Below, piece after piece: positions 36,080 through 44,924 of a stretch of 64,000 nt of DNA (positions are counted from its first letter, which is position 1; each line of letters opens with the position of its first letter). The position numbers and the translations under genes are program-made. The DNA comes from a virus, in IMG/VR virus record IMGVR_UViG_3300019487_000030. One strand, given 5' to 3'. A model generated the notes under the pieces. It did no database searches, was not told where the DNA came from, and was given only the letters and a program-made list of their open reading frames with translations.

Positions 36080-36973
36080 CTACTTGAGAATTGCCTCGAA
36101 GGCATCGACGCAGCGCTTCGCCGAGACTTTCTGGGCGCGATGGCGTTGCGAGTTGATGCGTCCGAGGCGTGGAACGAGAACACCGTTGATGTTGATCTCC
36201 CAGATCTGCGGCTTGCCGTTGAGCAAGCCGTAGTCGATGCGGCCGTACTCGATGCCGGCGATCTCGAACGCTCGAATCACCTCGGGCAAGATCGGCGGCT
36301 GGTGCTTGATGCCGACGAACGCTGCGTCCTCGGCTGACAGTGCCATCTCGACGACATCGGACGTCTTCGTCACCCAGTTGCGACTGAAGATGACGTGCCG
36401 CGCGACGTAGCGATCACCGATGCGCTGCACGCTGTACTTGCGATAGATGCCGTTCCACACGCCGCCCTTCTCGGCGGTGTCGACGTACTCGGTCACCATC
36501 GAGTCGGGGCTCGCGAGCTGTGGATGCTGTGCGAACAAGCGTTCGGCGTCCGCCTTGTGGTGCAGCAGAATCGACGTGCGCTCGTGTTCGTGACGAGGCC
36601 GCACGAACACAGGGAATCGCCACGCTGCCATCTGCGTCGGGTCGGCGTCGTGCACGTTGTACGTGTTGATGCCGACCTCGTATAGCTTCTTGAGCAGCTC
36701 GAAGCGTCCTAGCACACGCGACGGCATGTTGAACACGCGCTGGTTCTCGTTGCGGAGCTTCGCCTCGACGGCGAGCATCTGCGAACGGCTCTGCGGGTCG
36801 GTTGCTTCGTCATGACCGACGAAGATCCACGTCTTCGCGTCGACACGTTCACCGTTGGCGATGCGCTCGACGTCGATGAAACGAATCCGCGGCACCATCT
36901 TCGGTGCGTACTCGAATAGGAACTCCGAGATCGTGAAGCGATTGGTCCGCGGCGCCATGAGGAAACAGATCAC
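36080..36973 (-). CDS. ATP-grasp fold protein
   Basis: FNMP, FPVFVRP, VTEYVD, YGRIDYGLLNGKPQIWEININ; GGAG + GTG at 36973. Confidence 0.75.
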   Translation of the reverse strand: MICFLMAPRTNRFTISEFLFEYAPKMVPRIRFIDVERIANGERVDAKTWIFVGHDEATDPQSRSQMLAVEAKLRNENQRVFNMPSRVLGRFELLKKLYEVGINTYNVHDADPTQMAAWRFPVFVRPRHEHERTSILLHHKADAERLFAQHPQLASPDSMVTEYVDTAEKGGVWNGIYRKYSVQRIGDRYVARHVIFSRNWVTKTSDVVEMALSAEDAAFVGIKHQPPILPEVIRAFEIAGIEYGRIDYGLLNGKPQIWEININGVLVPRLGRINSQRHRAQKVSAKRCVDAFEAILK

Positions 36974-37338
36974 GTGGGCTCCAGCGATAGATGGGTGTGC
37001 AGTGCGAACCAGCGGTTGTCGACGCGCATCAGCAAGATCGTCGCGCGACCATAGCGCGGTGAATCGTCCGACGTACGCCGAGACGACCACTGCGCGATGA
37101 TCACGCAGAGAGATCCCGCCTCGATGATCTGCGGCGCTTGAAACGTGAATCCGTACGTCGTGTCCCAGATCGGCCGCCACTGCGCGGTTTCGAGCTGCTC
37201 GATCCCGTTCGCAACGGGGATCGCCGTACCGAACGCCCGCACGTCGGGGCAGAACAATGCCCGTGCCGCTGTGTAGTCGCGGTTGCGGACTGCCGATGCG
37301 AACGCGTCCAGCCAGGCTAGGGGCATCGCAGGGACCAT
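36970..37338 (-). CDS. SnoaL/NTF2-like protein
   Basis: WLDAFASAVRNRDY...LFCPDV..FG...GRATILL...WFALHTHLS. Confidence 0.75.
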   Translation of the reverse strand: MVPAMPLAWLDAFASAVRNRDYTAARALFCPDVRAFGTAIPVANGIEQLETAQWRPIWDTTYGFTFQAPQIIEAGSLCVIIAQWSSRRTSDDSPRYGRATILLMRVDNRWFALHTHLSLEPT

Positions 37339-37373
37339 ACCAAAGCGCCCCCAGTTCACGATACGCTGATGCC

Positions 37374-38102
37374 ATGCTCGCAGCCGCCTACCTCGGTGAC
37401 GTCGAACCGTCTCGTGGACGCTTCGGCCGAACATGGACGGACGCACAGTTACGTACCGCCATTGCAGCGTCCCGAAACTTCGCTGAAGTCTGCGCGAAAC
37501 TGGGGCTGACCTCACAGCGCAATCGAGTCGTCGTGGAACGCACCCGGACGCTCGGGCTCGACACGATGCACTTCACGAGTCAGACGACGCGTGGCGAGAA
37601 GCGACAAAACGCAGTCACGCTCGATGACATCCTGACCAACAAACGACCGTTCGAGTCGTCGTACGTCAAGAAGCGGCTCTTGAAGGCCGGACTGCTCACG
37701 TACCACTGCTACGAGTGCAAGCTCGTCGAGTGGCGCGGCAAGCCACTGACACTGGAACTGGATCACATCGACGGCAACAACCAGAACAACGCGCTGAACA
37801 ACCTGCGCTTGCTTTGTCCGAACTGTCACGCACAGACGCCGACGTTTCGCGGACGGAACATCACGCAGCGGATGACAAAGACGTTGGTATACCGTTGCGA
37901 AAAGTGTGAGAAGCAGATCTCGTGCGGTGCCCGATTCTGCCGTTCGTGCGCTCCCAAGCGTAGCAAACCGCGCGAATGGCCGCCCGACACAGAGTTGCAG
38001 ATGCTCGTCGAAACGCTCGGACCTCTTGCGACGTCGCGTCGTCTCGGCGTAAGTCGCCACGTACTGCACGAACACCTCCAGCAGATGGGATCCCCAGCAT
38101 GA
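37374..38102 (+). CDS. HNH homing endonuclease
   Basis: CYEC...LELDHIDGNNQNNALNNLRLLCPNCHAQT; C-terminal Zn finger/HTH. Confidence 0.9.
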   Translation: MLAAAYLGDVEPSRGRFGRTWTDAQLRTAIAASRNFAEVCAKLGLTSQRNRVVVERTRTLGLDTMHFTSQTTRGEKRQNAVTLDDILTNKRPFESSYVKKRLLKAGLLTYHCYECKLVEWRGKPLTLELDHIDGNNQNNALNNLRLLCPNCHAQTPTFRGRNITQRMTKTLVYRCEKCEKQISCGARFCRSCAPKRSKPREWPPDTELQMLVETLGPLATSRRLGVSRHVLHEHLQQMGSPA

Positions 38103-38689
38103 TGTCTATGCAGCAGCTCGGCGATGTCGAGCCATACCAACAGGTCGAGCGCTATTCGTGTGGAGCGGCCACGCTCAAGGCCGTGCTCGGCCACTGGGGC
38201 GAGCGTCTTCCCGAACGAAAGCTGATCAAGGAGATCGGCATCGATCCCGAGAACGGCTCGACGGCGCTCCAGGTCGCCGACGCCGCTCGCCGACGCGGCT
38301 ACAACGCGCAGGTCAAGCTGTTCGGCTCGATTGCCGAGCTTGGACGCGTAACGGCGCAGAACACGCCGGTCATCCTTGCGATCCAGAGCTTCACGCGCCC
38401 GAACCAGGGCCACTTCGTCGTCGCGACTGAGGTCAAGCCGACCGTCGTCGGGATCATGGACCCGAACGTCAAAGGCAACCGCCGCACGCTCACGCACCGC
38501 GAGCTGGACAAACGCTGGAAGTTCCGTGATCGGGTCGGCGTGATCGTCACGCCCAAGACGAAGAAGACCCAGCTCGGCTCCGTGTCGTGGACGCCGCGCA
38601 CGACGGTGTTCGCCCTCGCGGGCGCGGCTCTGGCCATTGCTGGCGCGGTGACCGGCGTCGTGATCTACCGTCGCAAGCGCACGAGCTAG
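38099..38689 (+). CDS. stand-alone C39-family cysteine peptidase with C-terminal membrane anchor
   Basis: Q-x5-C (QQVERYSCGAA), GHFVV, MDPN; TM helix then RRKR. Confidence 0.85.
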   Translation: MMSMQQLGDVEPYQQVERYSCGAATLKAVLGHWGERLPERKLIKEIGIDPENGSTALQVADAARRRGYNAQVKLFGSIAELGRVTAQNTPVILAIQSFTRPNQGHFVVATEVKPTVVGIMDPNVKGNRRTLTHRELDKRWKFRDRVGVIVTPKTKKTQLGSVSWTPRTTVFALAGAALAIAGAVTGVVIYRRKRTS

Positions 38690-38859
38690 GACCGCTTCGG
38701 AATCGATCGAAAACCTTTACGCCGGCACACCGCGTAACTGATCGCGGCGGCCTGCTTGCGCTCGCTGCCGATCTTACAGCGGCGCCGCTTCGTCTTACAG
38801 TGCTTCGAGATCTCGCGCGAGACGCAGGCCTGTGCAGCCTTGGAGAGCTTCTTCGCCAT
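38686..38859 (-). CDS. 57-aa basic Cys-containing protein (absent from ORF track)
   Basis: manual translation MAKKLSKAAQAC...KQAAAISYAVCRRKGFRSIPKRS. Confidence 0.6.
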   Translation of the reverse strand: MAKKLSKAAQACVSREISKHCKTKRRRCKIGSERKQAAAISYAVCRRKGFRSIPKRS

Positions 38860-38871
38860 GTACTGAAGGTA

Positions 38872-39129
38872 TCAGGCGCTGCCCCGCGCTTCCATCGCCG
38901 CGATCATCGTCTCGATCGGGCACGGCTTGGGCCGCGTACCGTTGAGCCACATGACCCAGTTGTCGATCCAGCGGTTGACAAGGTTGCGCGCGTCGAGCGC
39001 GCTCTCACACTCGCACTTCGCGATGTCGGCGAGGATCCTGTTCATCTCGGTGTCCTCGATCATCTGGAAGTAGCCGACGAGCCACTCGCGCACGGGCTTG
39101 AGCAGCGATGACGAACGCTTGCGGGGCAT
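38872..39129 (-). CDS. hypothetical protein
   Basis: AAGGAG RBS. Confidence 0.7.
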   Translation of the reverse strand: MPRKRSSSLLKPVREWLVGYFQMIEDTEMNRILADIAKCECESALDARNLVNRWIDNWVMWLNGTRPKPCPIETMIAAMEARGSA

Positions 39130-39131
39130 GG

Positions 39132-39578
39132 CTACTTGGTCTCCTTCTGGGTTGCTTCAGCGAGGATGTACGCGCGTTGCATCATCGTCGTGCGCAGGTC
39201 GTCGAAGTGCTCGACCTCGACGCGCAACCGAGCGAGTTCTTCGTCGAGCGGCTTCGCGTCGTCGAACTGTGCGCGCGTTGACAGCGCCACGAAATGCGTA
39301 TCGAACGCGGGCCGGTTCAGCTTCCGCACCTGCGCGGAGAAGTCCCAACGGAATGTGAAGCGCGCTTCGTAGCCGTCCCAGTCCCAGTCGACGATGTGCA
39401 TGCCGCACGTGTGCTCGACAAGTTCGTGGAGCGCCTCGCTGTACTTCTCGAACGTGTCGAGATAGCGCTGGTTGATGCCCGCGATGCCAACCTTCGGTTC
39501 GATTTCGCGCAGTGCAACCAGGATCGCCATGACGGTCTCGCGGAGCTTCTGCTCTTTGCTCTGGCGTTGCTTCTTCAC
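39132..39578 (-). CDS. hypothetical protein
   Basis: GTGA overlap. Confidence 0.7.
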   Translation of the reverse strand: MKKQRQSKEQKLRETVMAILVALREIEPKVGIAGINQRYLDTFEKYSEALHELVEHTCGMHIVDWDWDGYEARFTFRWDFSAQVRKLNRPAFDTHFVALSTRAQFDDAKPLDEELARLRVEVEHFDDLRTTMMQRAYILAEATQKETK

Positions 39579-40105
39579 GACAGCACCTCGACGCTGAAGA
39601 GGTTGAGCTTGTTCTTCTGGCAGAACTTCACCGCGAGCTTGACGGCCAGCTCGGGGTCGCGACGCTTCTCGTTGCCGTCGAGCAGCAGCATGCCGTTCGC
39701 GCTGCGAACCTGCACCGTGAACCGGTCGTCCTTGCGATCGTAACCGCGGTGCCGCACCACACGCGCGGTCACGCGCGTCGCGGGATCGTCCGTCAGCGGC
39801 TCAACTTCGGTGCCGAACACGTGGCACTCCGAGTAGCGGCCGTTCTGCTTCACGAACCATTCGGGCGGCGCCAGCGGCTTCACGAGCAGCCCGAGGAAGC
39901 CGTGCTCGATGAAGTAGCTCTCGACGCGCGCCGCACCGATGCGATTGATCCAAACGTGCACGATCGTGCCGATTGCGGGCACGGCGAACGTCAGGTTCGA
40001 CCACTTGTTCTCGGGTGGCAGCTTGTCCGTGGGCGTGTTCGCGGGCGCGAGGAACGCGACGTGCTTCGGGACGGTCGTCATGCGGCGATAGGTAGACTTG
40101 GACAT
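39575..40105 (-). CDS. hypothetical protein
   Basis: AAGGAAAG RBS. Confidence 0.7.
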   Translation of the reverse strand: MSKSTYRRMTTVPKHVAFLAPANTPTDKLPPENKWSNLTFAVPAIGTIVHVWINRIGAARVESYFIEHGFLGLLVKPLAPPEWFVKQNGRYSECHVFGTEVEPLTDDPATRVTARVVRHRGYDRKDDRFTVQVRSANGMLLLDGNEKRRDPELAVKLAVKFCQKNKLNLFSVEVLS

Positions 40106-40107
40106 GG

Positions 40108-40419
40108 CTAGCTTTCCTTGATGACAGGCAGGTCAGACGGATCGAACGGATACGTGCGCAGCACGTACTTGGTGATGAAGCGCCCGGCGGCGCCCGAGAT
40201 GTAGACGAAGTCGTTGTCGGTCAGCTCGTAGATCACGGCGTCGCGCCCGTCGATCTCGACGAACTTGCGGAGCAGCGCGACGGGGATCTCGGTCTCCTGA
40301 CGCGTGTCGACGACGTTGTCGATCTCGACACGCACGACGGACATCGCGCAGTCGAGGATCTTCGCAATCCACGCGCGACCGGCCTTCGTGCGCGCCTTGT
40401 ACTCGACTACGCGCCTCAC
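40108..40419 (-). CDS. hypothetical protein
   Basis: GTGA overlap with upstream gene. Confidence 0.65.
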   Translation of the reverse strand: MRRVVEYKARTKAGRAWIAKILDCAMSVVRVEIDNVVDTRQETEIPVALLRKFVEIDGRDAVIYELTDNDFVYISGAAGRFITKYVLRTYPFDPSDLPVIKES

Positions 40420-41006
40420 GACGCGACCCCCGCGAGCACGTGGTTCATGCGCGCCTGCGCCTGCACTCGGGCCGCGATCAAGTGGACCGGAATCAGCTCG
40501 TCGAAGACGAAGCCGCGGACGGTGAACGTCGCCGGCACGAAGGCGAGCGGCGACGCCACGACCGTGAAGCGCGCGACCGGCGCGACCGGAGCCGGCGCGA
40601 GCGCCCGGCGGGCGACCGCACAAGCCGCCCGGCGCAGCGCCGCCCGAACGAGGGCCGCCGCGAGACGGGCCGCCTTGCGCGCTGCGAGCGCGGCCTGCGC
40701 CTTGCGCAGCGCGGCCTCCGTCACGAGCGCCCGAGCGACCGCCCGGCCGACCGCCGCGAGCGCCTGGAACGCGCCGCGGGCGAGGTTCCGCGCCGTGCGG
40801 GGCGCCGGAGCGACCGGCAGCGGCAGACCCGCCTGAGCGGCCTGCAGGCGACGGAGCGCGCGCTCCGAGGCCTTGGCCGCGCGCCAGGCCTTCGCCTCGG
40901 TGGGCGCGTTCTCCTCGGCGCGGATCGCCGCGTCGTACTCGCGCGACAGGCGACGAACGAGGCAAGCGTTGATCGTGGTGGCGGCGACCGGGGCATTCTT
41001 CATCAT
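40416..41006 (-). CDS. Ala/Arg-rich low-complexity protein
   Basis: first gene of the leftward unit; very high GC. Confidence 0.55.
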   Translation of the reverse strand: MMKNAPVAATTINACLVRRLSREYDAAIRAEENAPTEAKAWRAAKASERALRRLQAAQAGLPLPVAPAPRTARNLARGAFQALAAVGRAVARALVTEAALRKAQAALAARKAARLAAALVRAALRRAACAVARRALAPAPVAPVARFTVVASPLAFVPATFTVRGFVFDELIPVHLIAARVQAQARMNHVLAGVAS

Positions 41007-41221
41007 GGTCACGAACAGACGAGCGACCGGTTCCAGCTATTCAAACAAAGCAAGAGTAAGCTGCGAACGATCCCGGGAGCGATCCGGCCCTCTATAGAAG
41101 GCTTTCGACGGGGCAACCCTCAGAAAAGCCCCCGGACCGGGCAGATCCCTGCCCTTGGGCCTGACCGGAGCCCCCGGGACGTCTCTCAGATACCCCCGTA
41201 TTTACCCCTACTTAGCATGTT

Positions 41222-41255
41222 ACTCTTGCTTTGTGAATACAGGGCCCTGTACAAC
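41222..41255 (+). promoter_or_regulatory. sigma70-like promoter
   Basis: TTGCTT-N18-TACAAC; ACTCTTGCTTTGTGAAT repeated exactly at 44222. Confidence 0.65.
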
Positions 41256-41269
41256 GTCTTACAAGGGCC

Positions 41270-43246
41270 ATGAAGAACAACTACCCCGGAAACTGCAAGA
41301 CCTGCGGCACCCGCGTCCCGGCCATGGCCGGTGAGGCCCTCAAGATCGACGGCCGCTGGGCTGTCCTCTGCTCGGCTCACACCGGGGGCGTGACCGTCGC
41401 TGCCGCTGCCCTCGCGCTGGTCATCCGCCTGTGGGTCGCTGCTGGCAAAGTGCTGTGCGCGCCCGCGAGCCGCCTGAACGGCTCGTTCGACAAGTACCTC
41501 GCGACGACCCGCTCGGCGGGCGCGTTCTACAGCAAGGCCGACAACGCGCAGGTCTGCTCGATGGACAAGGCGGCGGGCCTGGTCGAGGCGCTCCGCGCCG
41601 CTGGCTTCACCTGCGACGTCGCGCCCGAGCTGATCGGCTCGCTGCAGGCGCTCGCATCCCGCGCGACGCACGAGGTCGATGCTGCCGACGCTCGCGCGAT
41701 CGAAGTCGACGCGAAGCTCCGCGCGATCGGCAAGGCGCTCTACCCGTTCCAGGCCTCGGGCGTTAGCTGGCTCGCACCGCGCAAGAAGGCGCTGCTCGGC
41801 GACGATATGGGCCTCGGCAAGACCGTGCAGGCGCTCACCGCCGCTCCGGTCGGCGCGCCGATCGTCGTGGTCTGCCCCGCCGTCGCCAAGGGCGTGTGGG
41901 TCCGCGAGGCGAAGCGCTTCCGCCCCGACCTGACGCCGGTCGCGCTCGACGGTCGCGGTTCGTTCCGCTGGGCGCAGCCGGGCGAGATGATCATCGTCAA
42001 CTACGACATTCTCCCCGGCACGAAGGCCGAGCGTAAGGGCTTCTCGGCCACGCTGCCCGCCGATCTCGCGGTCGCGCCGAAGGGCACCGTGCTGATCTCT
42101 GACGAGGCGCACGCGCTCAAGGCGAGCGGTACGCACCGCACCAGCCAGTTCCGCGCGCTGCGCGATTGCGCGCTCGCTGCCGACGGCCGCGTGTGGCTCC
42201 TCACGGCGACGCCGATCCTCAACCGCGCGTCCGAGCTGTGGGCGGTGCTGCAGGCGATGGGCGCTGCGCGCGACGTGTTTGGCAGCTTCGACAACTACAA
42301 GCGCCTCTGGAATGCCGAGGACGGTCGCTTTGGGATCGAGTGGGGCGAGCCGTCGCCCGAGGTCGCGACGCGCCTGCAGACCGTCATGCTGCGCCGCATG
42401 AAGCACGAAGTGCTCCCCGAGCTGCCCGCGAAGATCTTCCGCGACATCGAGGTCAACGGCCTGTCGGCGTCGGTCAAGAAGCTGTGCGACGCGACCCTCG
42501 CCGCGCTCGAAGCGATCGACGCGGACATCGGCAAGGCGCTCGCGAACGCCGAGAAGAACGAGAACCGCCGCATCACGTTCCGCCAGTTCTCGGAGGCGCG
42601 CGAAGCGCTCGCGCTCGCGAAGCTCCCCTCGGCGATCGAGCTGGTCGAGGCGTACGAGGACGCGGGCGAGCCCGTCGTCGTGTTCTCCGCGCACCGCGCG
42701 CCGATCGACGTCCTCGGCCAGCGTCTGGGCTGGGCAGTCATCACGGGCGATACACCCGCGCACGTTCACACCGAGATCGAGGATGCGTTCCAGGCTGGCA
42801 AGCTCAAGGGCATCGCCGCCACGATCAAGGCAGGCGGCGTTGCGATCACGCTCACCAAGGCCTGCAACGCGCTGTTCATCGACGAGGAGTGGAACCCGGC
42901 GCTCAACAGCCAGGCGCAGGATCGCGTCTGCCGCATCGGCCAGTCGCGCGGCGTGATCATCACCCGCCTGGTCGCGAAGCACGCGCTCGATCGCCGCATC
43001 GCCGAGCTGCTCGCCGAGAAGACCCTGATCATCGACGGCGCGATCAACGCGGCGGCGCGCGACTCGGCCCCGGTCAAGAACACGACGCCGACGGTCGACG
43101 CGACGGCGCTCGCTGCGGACGCCAAGCGTGCGCAGGACGCGCATGACGCGATGAACGCTGCTACAGCGTCGCTGGCGACGATGCTCAAGGCCGAGGAGTC
43201 CAAGCCGGACATCGAGATCGCGGTCACCGAGGAGTGTCCGTTCTGA
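41270..43246 (+). CDS. SNF2-like helicase (intein-free)
   Basis: GDDMGLGKT, SDEAH, LTATPILN, WNPALNSQAQDRVCRIGQ. Confidence 0.92.
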   Translation: MKNNYPGNCKTCGTRVPAMAGEALKIDGRWAVLCSAHTGGVTVAAAALALVIRLWVAAGKVLCAPASRLNGSFDKYLATTRSAGAFYSKADNAQVCSMDKAAGLVEALRAAGFTCDVAPELIGSLQALASRATHEVDAADARAIEVDAKLRAIGKALYPFQASGVSWLAPRKKALLGDDMGLGKTVQALTAAPVGAPIVVVCPAVAKGVWVREAKRFRPDLTPVALDGRGSFRWAQPGEMIIVNYDILPGTKAERKGFSATLPADLAVAPKGTVLISDEAHALKASGTHRTSQFRALRDCALAADGRVWLLTATPILNRASELWAVLQAMGAARDVFGSFDNYKRLWNAEDGRFGIEWGEPSPEVATRLQTVMLRRMKHEVLPELPAKIFRDIEVNGLSASVKKLCDATLAALEAIDADIGKALANAEKNENRRITFRQFSEAREALALAKLPSAIELVEAYEDAGEPVVVFSAHRAPIDVLGQRLGWAVITGDTPAHVHTEIEDAFQAGKLKGIAATIKAGGVAITLTKACNALFIDEEWNPALNSQAQDRVCRIGQSRGVIITRLVAKHALDRRIAELLAEKTLIIDGAINAAARDSAPVKNTTPTVDATALAADAKRAQDAHDAMNAATASLATMLKAEESKPDIEIAVTEECPF

Positions 43247-43464
43247 TGTCGGGCGACGGCTTCGACGCCGAGCTGCTGCAGCGTCCGCTCGCCCAGAAGA
43301 TCATTCGGGCGCTCGACGCGATCGACGAGTTCCATTGCTTCGGCAAGACGCACCGACCCGAAGAGCAGGCCAAGCGCGACGCGGCGCGCGAGACCTTGAA
43401 ATACCTCCGCGAGACCTGTCCCACCGTTTTCAAGGCCGTCATGCGACGGCTCGGAAGGAGCTAG
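43246..43464 (+). CDS. hypothetical protein
   Basis: TGATG overlap. Confidence 0.65.
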   Translation: MSGDGFDAELLQRPLAQKIIRALDAIDEFHCFGKTHRPEEQAKRDAARETLKYLRETCPTVFKAVMRRLGRS

Positions 43465-43466
43465 CG

Positions 43467-43727
43467 ATGCGTCAGAGAGCGGTTGGCGGATACGAGCCCG
43501 ATGATCGCGAACAGCACGAGCTGAGCGAGCTGTGGCACACGTCGCGGACTGCGATCGCGTTGCCCGTTGCCGAACGTCAGGCGCTGTTCGACAAGCACGG
43601 CGGTGAGCGTGGCGCACGCGTCGCGTGGATCGTCGACGAGTTCATGAAGGCCCACGCGGGCGAGCCGAATGTCGGCCGCAAGTGGGTCTACGTCTGGTGC
43701 GTCGAGCACCTCGGCCGTCACGTCTAG
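43467..43727 (+). CDS. hypothetical protein
   Basis: AAGGAG RBS. Confidence 0.65.
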   Translation: MRQRAVGGYEPDDREQHELSELWHTSRTAIALPVAERQALFDKHGGERGARVAWIVDEFMKAHAGEPNVGRKWVYVWCVEHLGRHV

Positions 43728-43736
43728 GAGAACCAC

Positions 43737-44222
43737 ATGACCACGTACCGTCTACCCGTCGCCAAGCCGTGCAGCGACTGTCCATTCAGACGCAAGGCGA
43801 TGCCGGGCTGGCTCGGCGCGTCCTCGCCCGAGGGCTTCATCGACTGCATGGAGCGTGACGAGCCACTGCCGTGTCACCAGACCATCGACTACGACAACAA
43901 TCCGCACTGGCTCGTCGAATGGATGCACCAGAAGACCGGCAACATGTGCGCGGGCGCGCTGATCTTCATGGCGAACAAGGTGCAGCAGCACCCGTTCCAG
44001 AAGATGCCCAAGGATCACGAGACCGTGTTCTCGAACACGATCGAGTTCGTTCGGTATCACCGCGAAGCCGCCGTGCATAGCTGGAACGAAGACGATCAGA
44101 ACGAAGGCGCACAGATGCGGCGGCAGTTGATCACCGACGCAGCCGAGCGCATGAAGCAGCCGATCGTCGACTTCAAGAACCGCAAGCCGCGCCCCGCCGT
44201 GAAAAAGAAGCAGCGCAAGTAA
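43737..44222 (+). CDS. Cys/His-rich protein (DUF6283-like)
   Basis: PCSDCPF...PCH...CAGA. Confidence 0.6.
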   Translation: MTTYRLPVAKPCSDCPFRRKAMPGWLGASSPEGFIDCMERDEPLPCHQTIDYDNNPHWLVEWMHQKTGNMCAGALIFMANKVQQHPFQKMPKDHETVFSNTIEFVRYHREAAVHSWNEDDQNEGAQMRRQLITDAAERMKQPIVDFKNRKPRPAVKKKQRK

Positions 44223-44256
44223 CTCTTGCTTTGTGAATGTCAACGACGCTACAAGC
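44222..44256 (+). promoter_or_regulatory. sigma70-like promoter
   Basis: TTGCTT-N18-TACAAG. Confidence 0.6.
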
Positions 44257-44274
44257 GTCAATCAAAGGTTCGTT

Positions 44275-44610
44275 ATGGGTCACATCGCACGTTCATATCC
44301 GAAGACGCCGAAGCCGCCGAAGCAGAAGTGCCAGGCGACCGTCGAGGACTACAAGAACGGCACGAGCTACAACCTCGCGCGCGCGTTCACCGTCCCCAAG
44401 CATCGACAGTGCAGCCGTTATGCAACGTCGAAGGTCGGCACGCTTTGCCTGTGCGCGTTGCACACGCGGCTCGCACTCGAAGGTCTCGTCGAGGAGAACG
44501 GCGACGTCGCAACGCGCAGTGCGATCGCCGACGTGCGCCGGTACCCGAACAAGTTCGTCGGTGGGCTCTATAGCTGGGCGCGCGACCTCAAGCCCGAGGA
44601 GATCAAGTAG
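44275..44610 (+). CDS. hypothetical Zn-binding protein
   Basis: C...C...CALH. Confidence 0.65.
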   Translation: MGHIARSYPKTPKPPKQKCQATVEDYKNGTSYNLARAFTVPKHRQCSRYATSKVGTLCLCALHTRLALEGLVEENGDVATRSAIADVRRYPNKFVGGLYSWARDLKPEEIK

Positions 44611-44612
44611 CC

Positions 44613-44924
44613 ATGGGAAAGCGTCTGCCACGGTGCAAGCACCGCGAACACGATTGGAAGCCGACGAAGCGTCGCGGCCCGTGCCGTGAGAAGTGCACGA
44701 AGTGCAACGACGTGTTCCCGTGCCGCCACGACTGCGAGCATCTCGACTGCATCGCAGCAACGGGTCGGCCGCTCACGCAGTTCTTCTTGGACACGCTCGT
44801 GAATCCCGAGACGGCCATCGAAGCGATGCTCGACGAGCTGGCGATCATCGCACCGCAGGTCTACCTGCTCTCTCAGAAGCCCAAGCGCAAGCGTGTGCAG
44901 CACGCACTCCCCGAGGCCGCATGA
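44613..44924 (+). CDS. hypothetical Cys/His-rich protein
   Basis: operon packing. Confidence 0.65.
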   Translation: MGKRLPRCKHREHDWKPTKRRGPCREKCTKCNDVFPCRHDCEHLDCIAATGRPLTQFFLDTLVNPETAIEAMLDELAIIAPQVYLLSQKPKRKRVQHALPEAA

